Shown in pieces: positions 30,463-40,305 of a stretch of 64,000 bases of DNA. Each line of letters starts with the position of its first letter. Position 1 is the first letter of the stretch. The translations under genes and the position numbers were made by a program. This stretch comes from Cenarchaeum sp. (GTDB taxonomy: Archaea > Thermoproteota > Nitrososphaeria > Nitrososphaerales > Nitrosopumilaceae), in assembly GCA_965242695.1 (NCBI GenBank), contig CBDESU010000001.1, positions 1,024,001-1,088,000 of the forward strand, read 5' to 3'. Below the pieces are notes generated by a model that saw only the letters and a program-made list of their open reading frames with translations, did no database searches and was not told the DNA's origin.

Positions 30463-31638
30463 TCAGCCCGTCTTGACCTTTCCCCTGCCCCTCTTGCCGG
30501 CCTCTTCCCCTAGCATACGCTCACGGGATTTCTTGATCAGTGCAACTAGGCTTTTGCCCGGCACTAATACGGTCGGCTCCACTTTCCACGCTTGTTCCCC
30601 CTTAAGCGCTTCGGACGACTCCTTGAGCCACGCCACAGCCTCGTTGGAGTCGAGGTTGAACGTTTCTGTCGAGCCGTCAGCCTTTACCACTTCCCACCCG
30701 TCTTCGGCTCCACCAGGGCGTTGCACCAGATCGCACCTTGATCTGAGCGACGAAAACGTATTGGGATTATCTGCACCCAAGATTGCAAGGGCGGTCAAGG
30801 CCACTCTTGCCGTCTGTTCGTTCTTGCCGGTAAAGCCAAGCTTGCGCAGCCCGGCAAGCGTGATCACGGTTGTTTGCTGTGCGTAGTCCATGGTGACCCC
30901 CAAGCTTGGAATATCCGTGCTTATTATGCTACCATGTCCGTATTCTGACGGCTTTTTGCCGCTGGAATCCAAGCTCATCTCGCCGTCCTTCATGGTGATT
31001 TTAACATCCTTGCTTATGTTGTATGGGTCGGTCTTTGCCGCAGGGCTATTGCCTTTTTGCACATTGACACCGATGATTTCTGATGTTATGCATCGCTGGA
31101 ACCGCGCGGTCAGGTTGCCGCCCCAGTACGACTTCCATGCTCCGTAGACTAGGCTAGTCGCAGAGTACCTCAGTATTGCCGTAGCGTTGCGCGGCGTCGC
31201 GCTAGCCACCTCTTCGCCGATGGCCGTCTTTGGAAACGGCACGTCGTCAAGCATTGAGTCGCGTATGGTCGCATCGTAAATACGGTGGGGCAAGTCCATG
31301 GACGTGACCCTCCCGACATCCTCCAAGTCCTCCACCCCTGCAAAGTCGACTGCTACGTGAGGAACCTTCAGCCCAAGCCCGTCCGCACGTAGCCTCTCCG
31401 CCATGGCGGCTAGCGCCTCCTCCATGCGGGCCGCTTGTGACTGGACAGAGTCAAGCAGGACGCACTCGACGTTCTCGCCCCCTATCCGCCTCGTCTCATA
31501 GGAGTGGACGCCCCACTTCTTTTTTTCAGGGTGGGGGTATGTCGGCGGGGACACGTAGTCGCCTGCGCCGCCGGCGGGCTCCAGTGTTCGAATGCGCCGT
31601 AGCGCACTGGCCGACTCTATCGCATCCTTGGAGGCCAT
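30463..31638 (-). CDS. csb1: Csb1 (Cas7) backbone subunit, operon A
   Basis: PPTY, LLDSVQSQAARMEEAL, PHRIYDA, SLVYGAWKS, LRSRCDL; ATG 31638 chosen from TATA spacing. Confidence 0.92.
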   Translation of the reverse strand: MASKDAIESASALRRIRTLEPAGGAGDYVSPPTYPHPEKKKWGVHSYETRRIGGENVECVLLDSVQSQAARMEEALAAMAERLRADGLGLKVPHVAVDFAGVEDLEDVGRVTSMDLPHRIYDATIRDSMLDDVPFPKTAIGEEVASATPRNATAILRYSATSLVYGAWKSYWGGNLTARFQRCITSEIIGVNVQKGNSPAAKTDPYNISKDVKITMKDGEMSLDSSGKKPSEYGHGSIISTDIPSLGVTMDYAQQTTVITLAGLRKLGFTGKNEQTARVALTALAILGADNPNTFSSLRSRCDLVQRPGGAEDGWEVVKADGSTETFNLDSNEAVAWLKESSEALKGEQAWKVEPTVLVPGKSLVALIKKSRERMLGEEAGKRGRGKVKTG

Positions 31639-31663
31639 CCTGCCCGCGCGGGCGCGAGCGGCC

Positions 31664-31673
31664 ATATATATAT
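31664..31673. promoter_or_regulatory. ATATATATAT, candidate bidirectional TATA element between csb1 and the mini-array
   Basis: 25 bp from the csb1 ATG on one side and 29 bp from the first mini-array repeat on the other. Confidence 0.55.
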
Positions 31674-31702
31674 CAGGCGCGGATGGGAAAGCGAGAGCTC
31701 AG

Positions 31703-31808
31703 GTCTTAGGGTGGACCGTGGTGGTCGCCTTGGCAACTTGGTCGGCGCGCGTGGAGCCGGCGGGCGGTATAACGTCTTAGGGTGGACCGTGATGGTCGCC
31801 TTGGCAAC
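31703..31808 (+). CRISPR. Mini-array: two 35-bp repeats GTCTTAGGGTGGACCGTG(G/A)TGGTCGCCTTGGCAAC with one 36-bp spacer
   Basis: Repeats at 31703-31737 and 31774-31808 differ at one loop base; GACC/GGTC hairpin; CRISPR-like spacing; adjacent to cas operon A. Strand is inferred. Confidence 0.75.
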
Positions 31809-32080
31809 GCCGCCGTATCAGGCGCCTGGCACGATCGATGCCGTGCCACCGGGGCGGGGGAGGAGAAGGGGGAGGGCCGCCGTCGTGACGGCGGCCGAGG
31901 CCGCGGCACGGAGGAAGAGGGTGTGCGGGGAGGAGGGGCAGGACGTGCCATGTGCATGCCCGCCGCGCGGCGCCTGCGGGGCACATCAGCCCGCCGCCGT
32001 CAACCCGAGGTGCCGGCAGGGGGAGGGGAGGAGTGGACAGGGGCAGAAGCCGGATCCTTTCCTGGGCCTGCCGGCTTCCG

Positions 32081-33753
32081 TCATCCGGCGCCGCTGCTAC
32101 GTGCCCCTCCGCCGCCCGGGGGCATCCATGCCGGCTGCCTCCCCGCCGCCGGCGGCCCGTCGAGTATGTTCCAGCCGGGATCTCCAATGGCGTACGTCAC
32201 GGCCCTGCCCAGCGACATGCCCCGCCTTCCGGCATTGGCCGCGATCGTCATCTTTCTCGACCCGACGACCATGCCGCGGTGCCCCTTGAACTGCACGTGC
32301 GCATCCATGTACCGCTTTGCGACGTTGCGTATGACCCTCTCCACGTCGTTCGAGTGCGCCGGCATGCCGTCGACCTGCGTGTGGTAGAACAGGCACGGCA
32401 TCGCATTCTCGTACCGCGTCCTGACAGGATGCTTGTCCCCGTACCCCTCGAGTATGGCGCACGCCGCGCGCTGCAGGGCGAGGGCCACGATCGGGGGCGC
32501 CGTGTTGATGCACGAGCTGACCCTGTAGAGGCACAGGAGTTCAAAGTAGGTGGTCGAGTCCCTGCGATATCCGGCGATCTCGCCGGCGGTCGGCCTGCGC
32601 CCCGACCGCGGCCGGGACTGCGGCGATGCAGCGGCGGCGCGATCCACGATTCCCGCAAGCCCTCCGCGCCGCGGCCGCCGGCCCCTTCCGGCCGCATCCT
32701 TCTCCTCCCTCCTCCCACTCCTCCCCTTTTTCAGCGCAATGTCTCCAGCCCGCGGCGGCTGCGGGAGGGAGGCGGCGGGCGCGGCAGCATCAGGGGGGCA
32801 GTAGGCGGCGGGCAGGATCGAGCGGATGGCCTTGACGGGGTCTTGGCAGTCGCTGCCGCCGCTGCCGCCGCCTCCTCCTCCTCCCTCGGCCGGCTCGACG
32901 GACGGCAGCTCGGCGCCGTCCACCAGCCGGACGTCCGGATTGGACCTGATCATGTCGACGAGCGGGGGGATTACAGCCCTCTCGACGGCCCTGAACTCGG
33001 CGCCGGGATCTATGCCGGCCTCTTCGGCGTGGTCGCCGAAAAGGGTGAGCCACACGTAGACGGGCTCTTCGGCGCTGCGCAGGTTGTGCACCGAGTCGGA
33101 CTGCCTGTTCCCGTCGGGGTAGGCGCCGTGCTCGTCCGTGACCTTTGGGAGGCCCCAGATCGGGCCGAGCGCCTCTTCAAGCGACGCCGCAGACCTGCTC
33201 GGGGCGGCCGTGATCAGCACGGCATTGCCGCTGCACGCGGCCACGATGTACGCCCACTTGCCCATGCTGCGCGCCATGGTCTCGTCGATCACGGCGTAGC
33301 CATTGGCGCATATGCTCTCGACTATACGCGGGATCAGGTGGGCCGCGGCGTCCATGCTAGCCGACACGGCGTTGGCGACCGCATTCTCGGACACGTCGAT
33401 CCCGTAGTACCACCGGATGTAGTTGGCCGCATCCTGGTAGGACATGTGCTCGGTCAGGTCCAGCAGGCGCTCCCTGACGATCGCGCCGAGCGCCGTTCCG
33501 GGGATCGAGATCGGCGTGCTCGCCTTCCAAGGCAGCCCGCACGCCGAGCAGCAGCCGACCTCGAGCTTTAGCGCTACGGCGCAGCCTCGCCCGACGCCGC
33601 CGATCCGGACGGCCTCCCTGGCAAGGTCCTGCAGGCGCCTGCCCCTGCCGTCGGTCGCTTCAAACTCCAAGAGCCATCCTCCGATCAGGTCGTAGAGCCG
33701 CTTGACGGCGTACCCGATTACGACATAGTCGGCGCCGCAGCACCACGAGGGCC
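32081..33753 (-). pseudogene. IS66-family-like transposase, C-terminal part
   Basis: Cys-containing CCSACG segment, AVIDET..W, VTDEHGAY, SNDVERVIR; cut off by the IS at 33754. Confidence 0.75.
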
Positions 33754-33809
33754 CAGTAGTTGCAGATGTGCCGCCACAATGCCCCCGTCGTGGCGGCCGG
33801 CCCTGCCCT

Positions 33810-35216
33810 CTACAGGGCAAAGAGCGGGCCGGCTGCGACCCTGGCCTTGGCCCGCTTTCTTGCAAGCAGCGCCGCCGTGGCCGCATCGGGGGTGAACAGC
33901 CGCGAGAACTCTTCGCAGGCCTCCGCCTCGTACGCGTCCTGTTCGCCCTTGCCAAGTATGGCCAGCCGCGTGGCCTCGGAAAGGAGTATGCGGCAGAAGT
34001 CCTTGTAGGTCATGGCGTACTTTTCCTTGTCCTTCCAGCCGTGCGTTCCGAGCCTGGGAGTCTGCACGTCTTGGATCGACTCGCCCTTCTTGGCCAGCCT
34101 CAGCGCCTTTAGCGCGCGGTCCGCCAGCACCCACAGGTTGGACGAGAGGAGCGAGTAGTGGAACAGGAACGTCCGTAGCGCCGGCGAGTTGCTGGTCGTC
34201 ATCGGCATTCCCTGCTCCGCCTCCCTGTAGCCGTTCTCGATGCGCTGCCGCTTCCTCATCTCTGCGCGCAGCATTGGAAGCGCCCTCCTCAGCATGGGGC
34301 GCGGCATGTTCGAGAAGAACGGCAGCGTGGTCTTTTTCGCCTTGCCGTCCCTGAACTCCTCGACCTCCCAAAAGGCGAGCGTGCCGGCAAACTTGCCCTT
34401 CTTGGACTTGACTATGTGCTCCGACAGGGCGGGGCGCTCGCCGCGCTCGTATTCGGCCATCGCCTTTTTGACCTTGGGCGTCATGCGCGCATACATCAGA
34501 AAGTACTCGCCCCTGTTGCCGAACTTGTTCATCGCATTCACGTTGTAGTACTCCCGATCGGCCGAGTAGTACAGGCAGAAGATGAGGCGCCTGGCGTTGT
34601 CGTCCAGGAGGTCCCCGACGTACTCGGACAGGGGGCGCCCCCTGCGCAGGATGCGCGACGACGTGTGGATCGTATACGGCCCCGAGACTATCGCCGACGA
34701 CACCGCGACGACAAAGGTCGACGTTCCGTTCTTGTACTTTGATCGCGCCGTGTAGTCGTCCCCCAGGTGCTCGCCGTAATACTCCATTTTGTGGCCGTCA
34801 ATCGAGCCTATCGGTCGCGCCGGGATCACGCCCGCCTCGCGCAGGGCCGCCACGGCGGCGTCGTCCACCGGCGCCCACCTTTCCTCCATGGCGTCGGGAT
34901 CGGGATCGGAGTTGATCAGCTCGCGCGCCCAGAGCGATGTCGGAGTGTCCAACTCGTCGATCCTCTCGATGCCGACCTGCCCGGCGGCCTCGATTGCGAC
35001 CAGTCTGGCCGCCTGGTGGCTGCACGAGCGATGCAGTGCTGCGGCCGCGAGGATGCTTGCAAATCCGGAAAGTCCGTGCAATGCATTGTAGCGCCTCGAA
35101 ATGGGAAAGTTGAATTTGGCCAGCAGGGCGTGGTCGAGCTTGAGCACGTTTTGCACAACGCGTATTGCATCGCGTAGTTCGTTATAGAACTTTCGCACGA
35201 TCCCCCCCCTGCACAA
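33810..35216 (-). CDS. DDE transposase (ISH3/IS4-like)
   Basis: SIDGHKMEYYG, ADREYYN, RKRQRIENGYRE; the start is uncertain. Confidence 0.85.
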   Translation of the reverse strand: MCRGGIVRKFYNELRDAIRVVQNVLKLDHALLAKFNFPISRRYNALHGLSGFASILAAAALHRSCSHQAARLVAIEAAGQVGIERIDELDTPTSLWARELINSDPDPDAMEERWAPVDDAAVAALREAGVIPARPIGSIDGHKMEYYGEHLGDDYTARSKYKNGTSTFVVAVSSAIVSGPYTIHTSSRILRRGRPLSEYVGDLLDDNARRLIFCLYYSADREYYNVNAMNKFGNRGEYFLMYARMTPKVKKAMAEYERGERPALSEHIVKSKKGKFAGTLAFWEVEEFRDGKAKKTTLPFFSNMPRPMLRRALPMLRAEMRKRQRIENGYREAEQGMPMTTSNSPALRTFLFHYSLLSSNLWVLADRALKALRLAKKGESIQDVQTPRLGTHGWKDKEKYAMTYKDFCRILLSEATRLAILGKGEQDAYEAEACEEFSRLFTPDAATAALLARKRAKARVAAGPLFAL

Positions 35217-35307
35217 GGCTTGCTTAAATCAGTTATGAACAAGTTGTCCACATTTGTAGGCCAATTGAAATTCGGGAAAGTGTTGGCAGTGCTTGCGATT
35301 GCAATTG

Positions 35308-35418
35308 TGTGTTTGCCGGATGTGTTTGCCGGATGTGTTTGCCGGATGTGTTTGCCGGATGTGTTTGCCGGATGTGTTTGCCGGATGTGTTTGCCGGATG
35401 TGTTTGCCGGATGTGTTT
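35308..35418. repeat. 13-bp tandem repeat TGTGTTTGCCGGA x8.5
   Basis: Eight perfect units plus a partial one, inside the IS upstream of the transposase. Confidence 0.95.
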
Positions 35419-35869
35419 TGTTGGGTGCTCGACCACCCGATCGGCAAGTGTAGATTAGATCGTTTTGACAACAACCGCGGAGCGGCGCATCACCGTGCTG
35501 GCCTGTTGCGCAGGCCGAACCACGAGCACATCCAACCACATCTGCACCATGCCATGCGCGACGTACTGCGAGGAATGCGCGCAATGCGCGCGGCGCGACG
35601 GCGAGTCCGACATGCGGCACTGGCCGCGCCGCGCGGCGCTAGCCTGTCTGGGCCGCCCTCCTCGCAGGCCCGCCCGCTGCAGACGAGCATCGCCTGTGGG
35701 ATTGCCGCAAATCGTCATGCGGCCTTGATCTCGATCTCGGCGGTGCCCTTGCCGCCACCGGGCAGATGCCGCCGGCTGGGCCCCGAACGGCCCGGTACGG
35801 CGACCGCTACCTACCGGCGCCGCAGGCGCTGTGCGATCGCACCCTCACCGAGCACATCTGCAACTACTG

Positions 35870-36588
35870 GGGCCCGAGCGGGACGGCCAGGGTGCACTCG
35901 GTCTTTGTGCTGTTCGACTTTCCCGGGCCGCGGCGGCGGCGGCGGCGTCTGGAGGGCGCCGCCGGTTCCGCCACCGCCGCCGCCTGGGATTCGGCCCCCT
36001 TTTTCCTCAAGGTGCTGACCGCGCTGCGAGTGGACGGCAGCCCACCGCCGCCGCCTGGGATTCGGCCCCCTTTTTCCTCCCCATCCTCCCTGCCGACGCG
36101 CCGCCGCTGTCGCCGCCCCTCTGCCGGCTCCCGCTTCCCTCCGATCCCCGCTCCGGCGAGTCCGCGTTCTTGTCCCTGCCGCCGCCGCTGCCGCCGCTGC
36201 CGCCGCCCCTCCGCCTGCCGTCGTCCCCCTCGTTGTACGATCCGATCTTTGCGCGCAGCCTGTCGCGCTCCCTGTGGCATATCGCCCGCGACGAGGTCGG
36301 GCTGTTGGGGTTTTCATGGCGCCGGAGCAGGGTGCGCATGCCCTCTACATCCTCCTCGAGCCTTCTGCATCTTTCCGACAGCTCGGCGCTCGTACCGGCC
36401 GAGGTGGCCAGTGCCGTCTTCTGCAGGCGGCAGGTGATCCTCAGGCCGTCCCGCTCCGCGGTGACCTCCGACAGATTGGACACAAGCTGACGGATGGTCT
36501 CGTTGAGGGTTTCCGTCTCGGCGTCATGCCTGCGGTGCACATTCGCAAGCTCCCTGCGGAGCAGGGTGACCTCGGACGGCGATCCCAT
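35870..36588 (-). pseudogene. IS66-like transposase, N-terminal part (coiled coil, NPNSPTSS, RKKG)
   Basis: LAVPLGP rejoins SWCCGADY in frame when the IS is removed; an extra 71-bp insertion with a 38-bp direct repeat (35971-36008 / 36042-36079) shifts the frame. Confidence 0.7.
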
Positions 36589-36733
36589 GGCCGCGCGCCG
36601 AACCAATTTGATCGATAAAGGTTTGGATCCTTGGCGCCAGGTTCGGGTGCCCGGCGCCGCCGAACTGCCGCAGCCGCGGCATGTCGTCGGCAGGCTGTGC
36701 CAGCGCACCTGCCGCCACCTGCAAGCAGCCTCG

Positions 36734-36757
36734 CCCCCCCCCCCCCCCCCCCCCCCC
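36734..36757. repeat. C24 homopolymer
   Basis: Read directly; intergenic. Confidence 0.9.
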
Positions 36758-37155
36758 GTCAGGCGTCAGTGGCATGGGTGAGACCTGAGCTCTCGCTACA
36801 TGAGGGCATCTGGCGTGCACATTCAGGTCGGGCATACGTTGCACGCATTGGAGGGGGTGGTGGCGGTAAGACGCAGTTGACGACGGAGGCCAGAATGTCT
36901 ACCAGCTGGTGTACGATGCCCGACATCCATTGTCACTAGACAGAAATGCGAGCGGCGGGAATTTTGCTCACGTGTTGGACTAAACACCGGGCCCACATGG
37001 ATGCATGGACTGGGGGCAGGGCAGGTGCGAAGTGGATAGCGCAGGCTTACCGTCCATGTCACAGCCGCTGCACGACATGCTAGCCGATGCGGGGAGGGTC
37101 GATGCCAGGCTGCGGTACTGCGCGGCGGCGCGGCGGCCGCCTCTGAGGTCCCCGA

Positions 37156-37863
37156 GTGTCGCATCCTGCTCGTCCCCGCGAAGAGGGGCTGTACAAGGCC
37201 GTCGCAGGACTGGTCGGAGCATGCGCGAGGGCTGGGCCGTCGCTCCGTCCGAGTGGCGCGAGGGGCAGAGGCGGCGGCGCAGGGGCGACTGAGGCCGCAG
37301 CCGGTGCCGTCGCACTAGACGGATTTACGCGCATGCATGCATCCGCGCATTACGACGCGGGGAGCGGCCGCGTGGCCCTCGTAGATGTACACAAGTCGCG
37401 TAGGATGGCGACGGTCCTGCTGTTCGGACGCGGCGCCTAGATTGCAAGGCTAGCCGGTAGTGGGCATTCCGCGCGCCTGTACGTGTGCATCAAAGCGACG
37501 CCGGACGCGTTCGATCTGCTCGCCTGCATGGTGCATGTGGGCAGGCCTGCCGCCGTCCCGCGGTCGCAGTTCGGCGGTGATGAGGGCGCCTGTGCAGGTG
37601 CCGTAGAAGCGGCCGAGCTTGCGTGGCGACTCGGCATTGCTCCTGCGTACGGCGCCGAGGATGCGTCCGAGTGCCTTGCAAGGCTGCTTTCGTTGGCCAG
37701 CACGGCAGATGCCGGAATGGGGACCTTTGTCATCGAGAGAGGCTCCGCGCGCAGGCTGTTTGCAGCGGGGTTTGCTCGCCGCTACGCCAGCGGGCCGCCG
37801 TCCCACCGGCGACTCCTGCTGACGAGTTGCATCACGCATGTGCGTAGGGCCACGCGACACTGA
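37156..37863 (+). pseudogene. Unidentified coding-like frame split by TAG at 37438-37440
   Basis: ORFs 37156-37440 and 37483-37863 share a frame and read as protein-like; no family recognised. Confidence 0.3.
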
Positions 37864-38596
37864 ATTGTGGCGGATGCGGTAGTGCTACACGGCGCGGTCT
37901 CGGCCCACGCCACTCTTTTGGCCGCCGCCATCGCGCCGCCGAGTGCCGCGGCCGCCCGCCCGTCCTCGGCCGCCGCATCGGACATCTCGGCCGAGCTTGC
38001 CCGCTCCTCGTCGGCCCCCTCGTGCAGCATGGCCTTTTCGGCCAGCATTGTAGGCCTGTTGCCGTCCAAACGGAACTCGCCCGTCGCCCACGCGTCCGCG
38101 TTGTCCGCCCACTTGGCCGCCTCCAGCGCCAGCATGCCCTCTTCCCCGCCCGCCGCCTTCTTCCACCGGGCCGCTTCGCGCACCATCCCGCGCACCTCCC
38201 CCTTCAGCCTGCGCGCCGCCCGCGCCCTCTTGTCCTTGCCGGCCATCTCGTACGCCTCTGCGGCCCTGCCGTACGCGGCGGCCGCCGCCCTGCCGCGCCC
38301 GGCCGCCAGCCCGAACGCCCTGCCCGCCTTTTTCATTGCGGCGGCCTCGCGCCCATCGCCCCTCCAATCTCCCTCATCGCAGCTTCGACCGCGGGATCGC
38401 CCTCCTCAGCGACGCGCCCCTTCGCCTCCGCAACCCTCATCAGCCTGGCGAACATTCCCGCCCTGGCCGTCCACGCGCGGCCGTACGCCGAGAGCGCCGC
38501 GCGGTCGTGCGCGGCAGCCTCCCACGCGGATGCGGCGCCGGCCGCGGCCCAGACGGCCGCTACGCGATCGCCGTGTCCGCCAGTGCCGCCCGCCAC
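37782..38596 (-). pseudogene. Ala-rich helical family copy 10 (subfamily B), frameshifted near 38345 and with a shortened C-terminus
   Basis: Two ORF pieces together match copy 9; CATAAGG about 26 bp upstream. Confidence 0.75.
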
Positions 38597-38688
38597 GCCC
38601 GCCGGCCCGCGCGGCCCGTCCTTATGCGTAGGGGTAGTCTACGCGGCCGGCCGGCAGCGTGGCTCCGACAGGCCAAGCCGGGCCGCCA

Positions 38689-39870
38689 CTACTCGAAATG
38701 GGGGCATCGCGAGCCGGTCACGGCATCCAGCCAGAGTGCCCTTCTCGCGCCGCCCTCCCGCTCTACGGTGGCCACGTGGTACGGGTAGTAGATGCACTCT
38801 ATCGACTTTACGCGCACGCCGCGCCAGTACGTTCCGGCCGCCTCCGCGACGGCCCCCGGATCCAGGCGCTCCCCGCCAGTCGCCCCCACGTCCGTGCGCG
38901 ACACCGAATGCGTTCCGCCAACGCTGCCAAGGGACGACGGATCCCCGGGGTACGGGTGCATGGCCTTGTACGTGGCGGGCCTGGCGTCGGTCTGCATCAG
39001 GACTCCCTTGGCTGCCATGTCGTTGATCATCTGTCCGACCTTGCCCGGTCCGACTCCGGGCACCGCAACGGCCCTCTTCTCAAACTTGTCGCCGCCGACG
39101 GCCCGTAGCAGGCTTCGCTGGGCGCCGTCAAGCGTCGCAAGCGCCGCATGATCGTACGACATGCCGTAGGCGCCGACGGATGCGATCGCGCCGGTCGCCG
39201 CATCGAACGTGACCCTTGCCTGCACCGTATGGACGGCCTCTTCCTTGGAGCGCCAACCCGTCTTTTCTACTATCCTTACCTCGGCGTCCAGGTCGACGTC
39301 GTAGTATGGATGCCAGACCGTGTCGACGGCGACTATGCTCTCTGTAACCTTCCCGCGCCCCATGAAGCCCCCCTTTGCGCGCTTTGTAACGATCTCGTTG
39401 AATGCGGCCCGCGCCTCGTCCTTGCCCACCCTAGCCTGCACGACCAGCGGAAGCGCGGACGCATCCCTGCCGCCCGATCCATCCTCCGATCGGGCCCTGA
39501 TTCCAGAGAGGAGGGACGCCGTCTTGTTCCCGTCCCATAGGTCTATGTTGCCGTACATGGCGGCCGTCTTGAGGGCGCCCGGGGTAAAGCCGCTCGTGGT
39601 GGCCAGTATGGCATGCCCCGCCGACAGGTCGTCCCGGATCGAGGCGAGCTTCATGACGGTGTCCTTATCGATGTTGGACTGGTGGTTCTTTGCCTCGATC
39701 AGGACGGTCGTCTTGTGGAGTGGGGCGTCGTGCGTCGCGTGCACGTCGATCTGGTGGACGGTGCCGGATCTGCCCTCCATCTTGGCGTTGTGTCTTACCG
39801 TGTAGCCGTTCTGCTCAAACAGGGCGTACAGCTCCACCTCGAGGCCGGTGCCCTTCTCTACCGTCGACAC
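38689..39870 (-). CDS. Mrr-like (PD-D/ExK) restriction endonuclease with long C-terminal extension
   Basis: KGTGLE..LFEQNGY.V...GRSG..HQIDV..LIEAKN...ATTSGFTPGA..IDLWDG. Confidence 0.85.
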   Translation of the reverse strand: MSTVEKGTGLEVELYALFEQNGYTVRHNAKMEGRSGTVHQIDVHATHDAPLHKTTVLIEAKNHQSNIDKDTVMKLASIRDDLSAGHAILATTSGFTPGALKTAAMYGNIDLWDGNKTASLLSGIRARSEDGSGGRDASALPLVVQARVGKDEARAAFNEIVTKRAKGGFMGRGKVTESIVAVDTVWHPYYDVDLDAEVRIVEKTGWRSKEEAVHTVQARVTFDAATGAIASVGAYGMSYDHAALATLDGAQRSLLRAVGGDKFEKRAVAVPGVGPGKVGQMINDMAAKGVLMQTDARPATYKAMHPYPGDPSSLGSVGGTHSVSRTDVGATGGERLDPGAVAEAAGTYWRGVRVKSIECIYYPYHVATVEREGGARRALWLDAVTGSRCPHFE

Positions 39871-40305
39871 GACCGCCCCCGCGCGCGGCGGCAGTTAAGC
39901 GTATCGCAACACGGACAGACGCTGGCGACGCAGGCGCAAGACGCCTGCGCCCACTACGTCCACCGCCTTGCGCCGCCCATATAGATGGCTCAGCGGCGCT
40001 CACGCCACCCACCCGCGTGTGGCCCAAGATAAGGCTTCAGGCCCCGCATCGGACCACTGCGAGCGTGTCGCAGTCGGCAAGCTCGCTGTTCGTGTTGCAA
40101 GTCGCTTTCCGGTTGATCGTGTAGGCCATGCGCCGCGGGCGCCGTCGCCTCGGCATCGTATGCCCCTCATAATCATTCATCAGAATCTAGAAAAATGCCA
40201 TGTCGTTAGCGACGTTGCACGACCCTCACACAACCACCATGCCGCGTCGCACGCTGTGTGTCCCGCCCCTTCTGCAAAGGCAGGCTCGCCGCGGGGATGT
40301 TGTTC

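Larger units (their letters stand above)
33754..35869 (-). mobile_element. ISH3-family-like insertion sequence (2116 bp)
   Basis: 18-bp perfect TIR CAGTAGTTGCAGATGTGC (33754-33771 / 35852-35869); 5-bp target duplication GGGCC (33749-33753 / 35870-35874). Confidence 0.9.

Noticed and set aside
31568-31583. 14/16 match between the mini-array spacer (positions 15-30) and the 5' coding strand of csb1-A
   Set aside because: Short, GC-only, away from the presumed seed and likely chance in this composition; kept only as a weak lead.
35308-35418. 13-bp repeat considered as a CRISPR array
   Set aside because: No spacers; simple tandem repeat.
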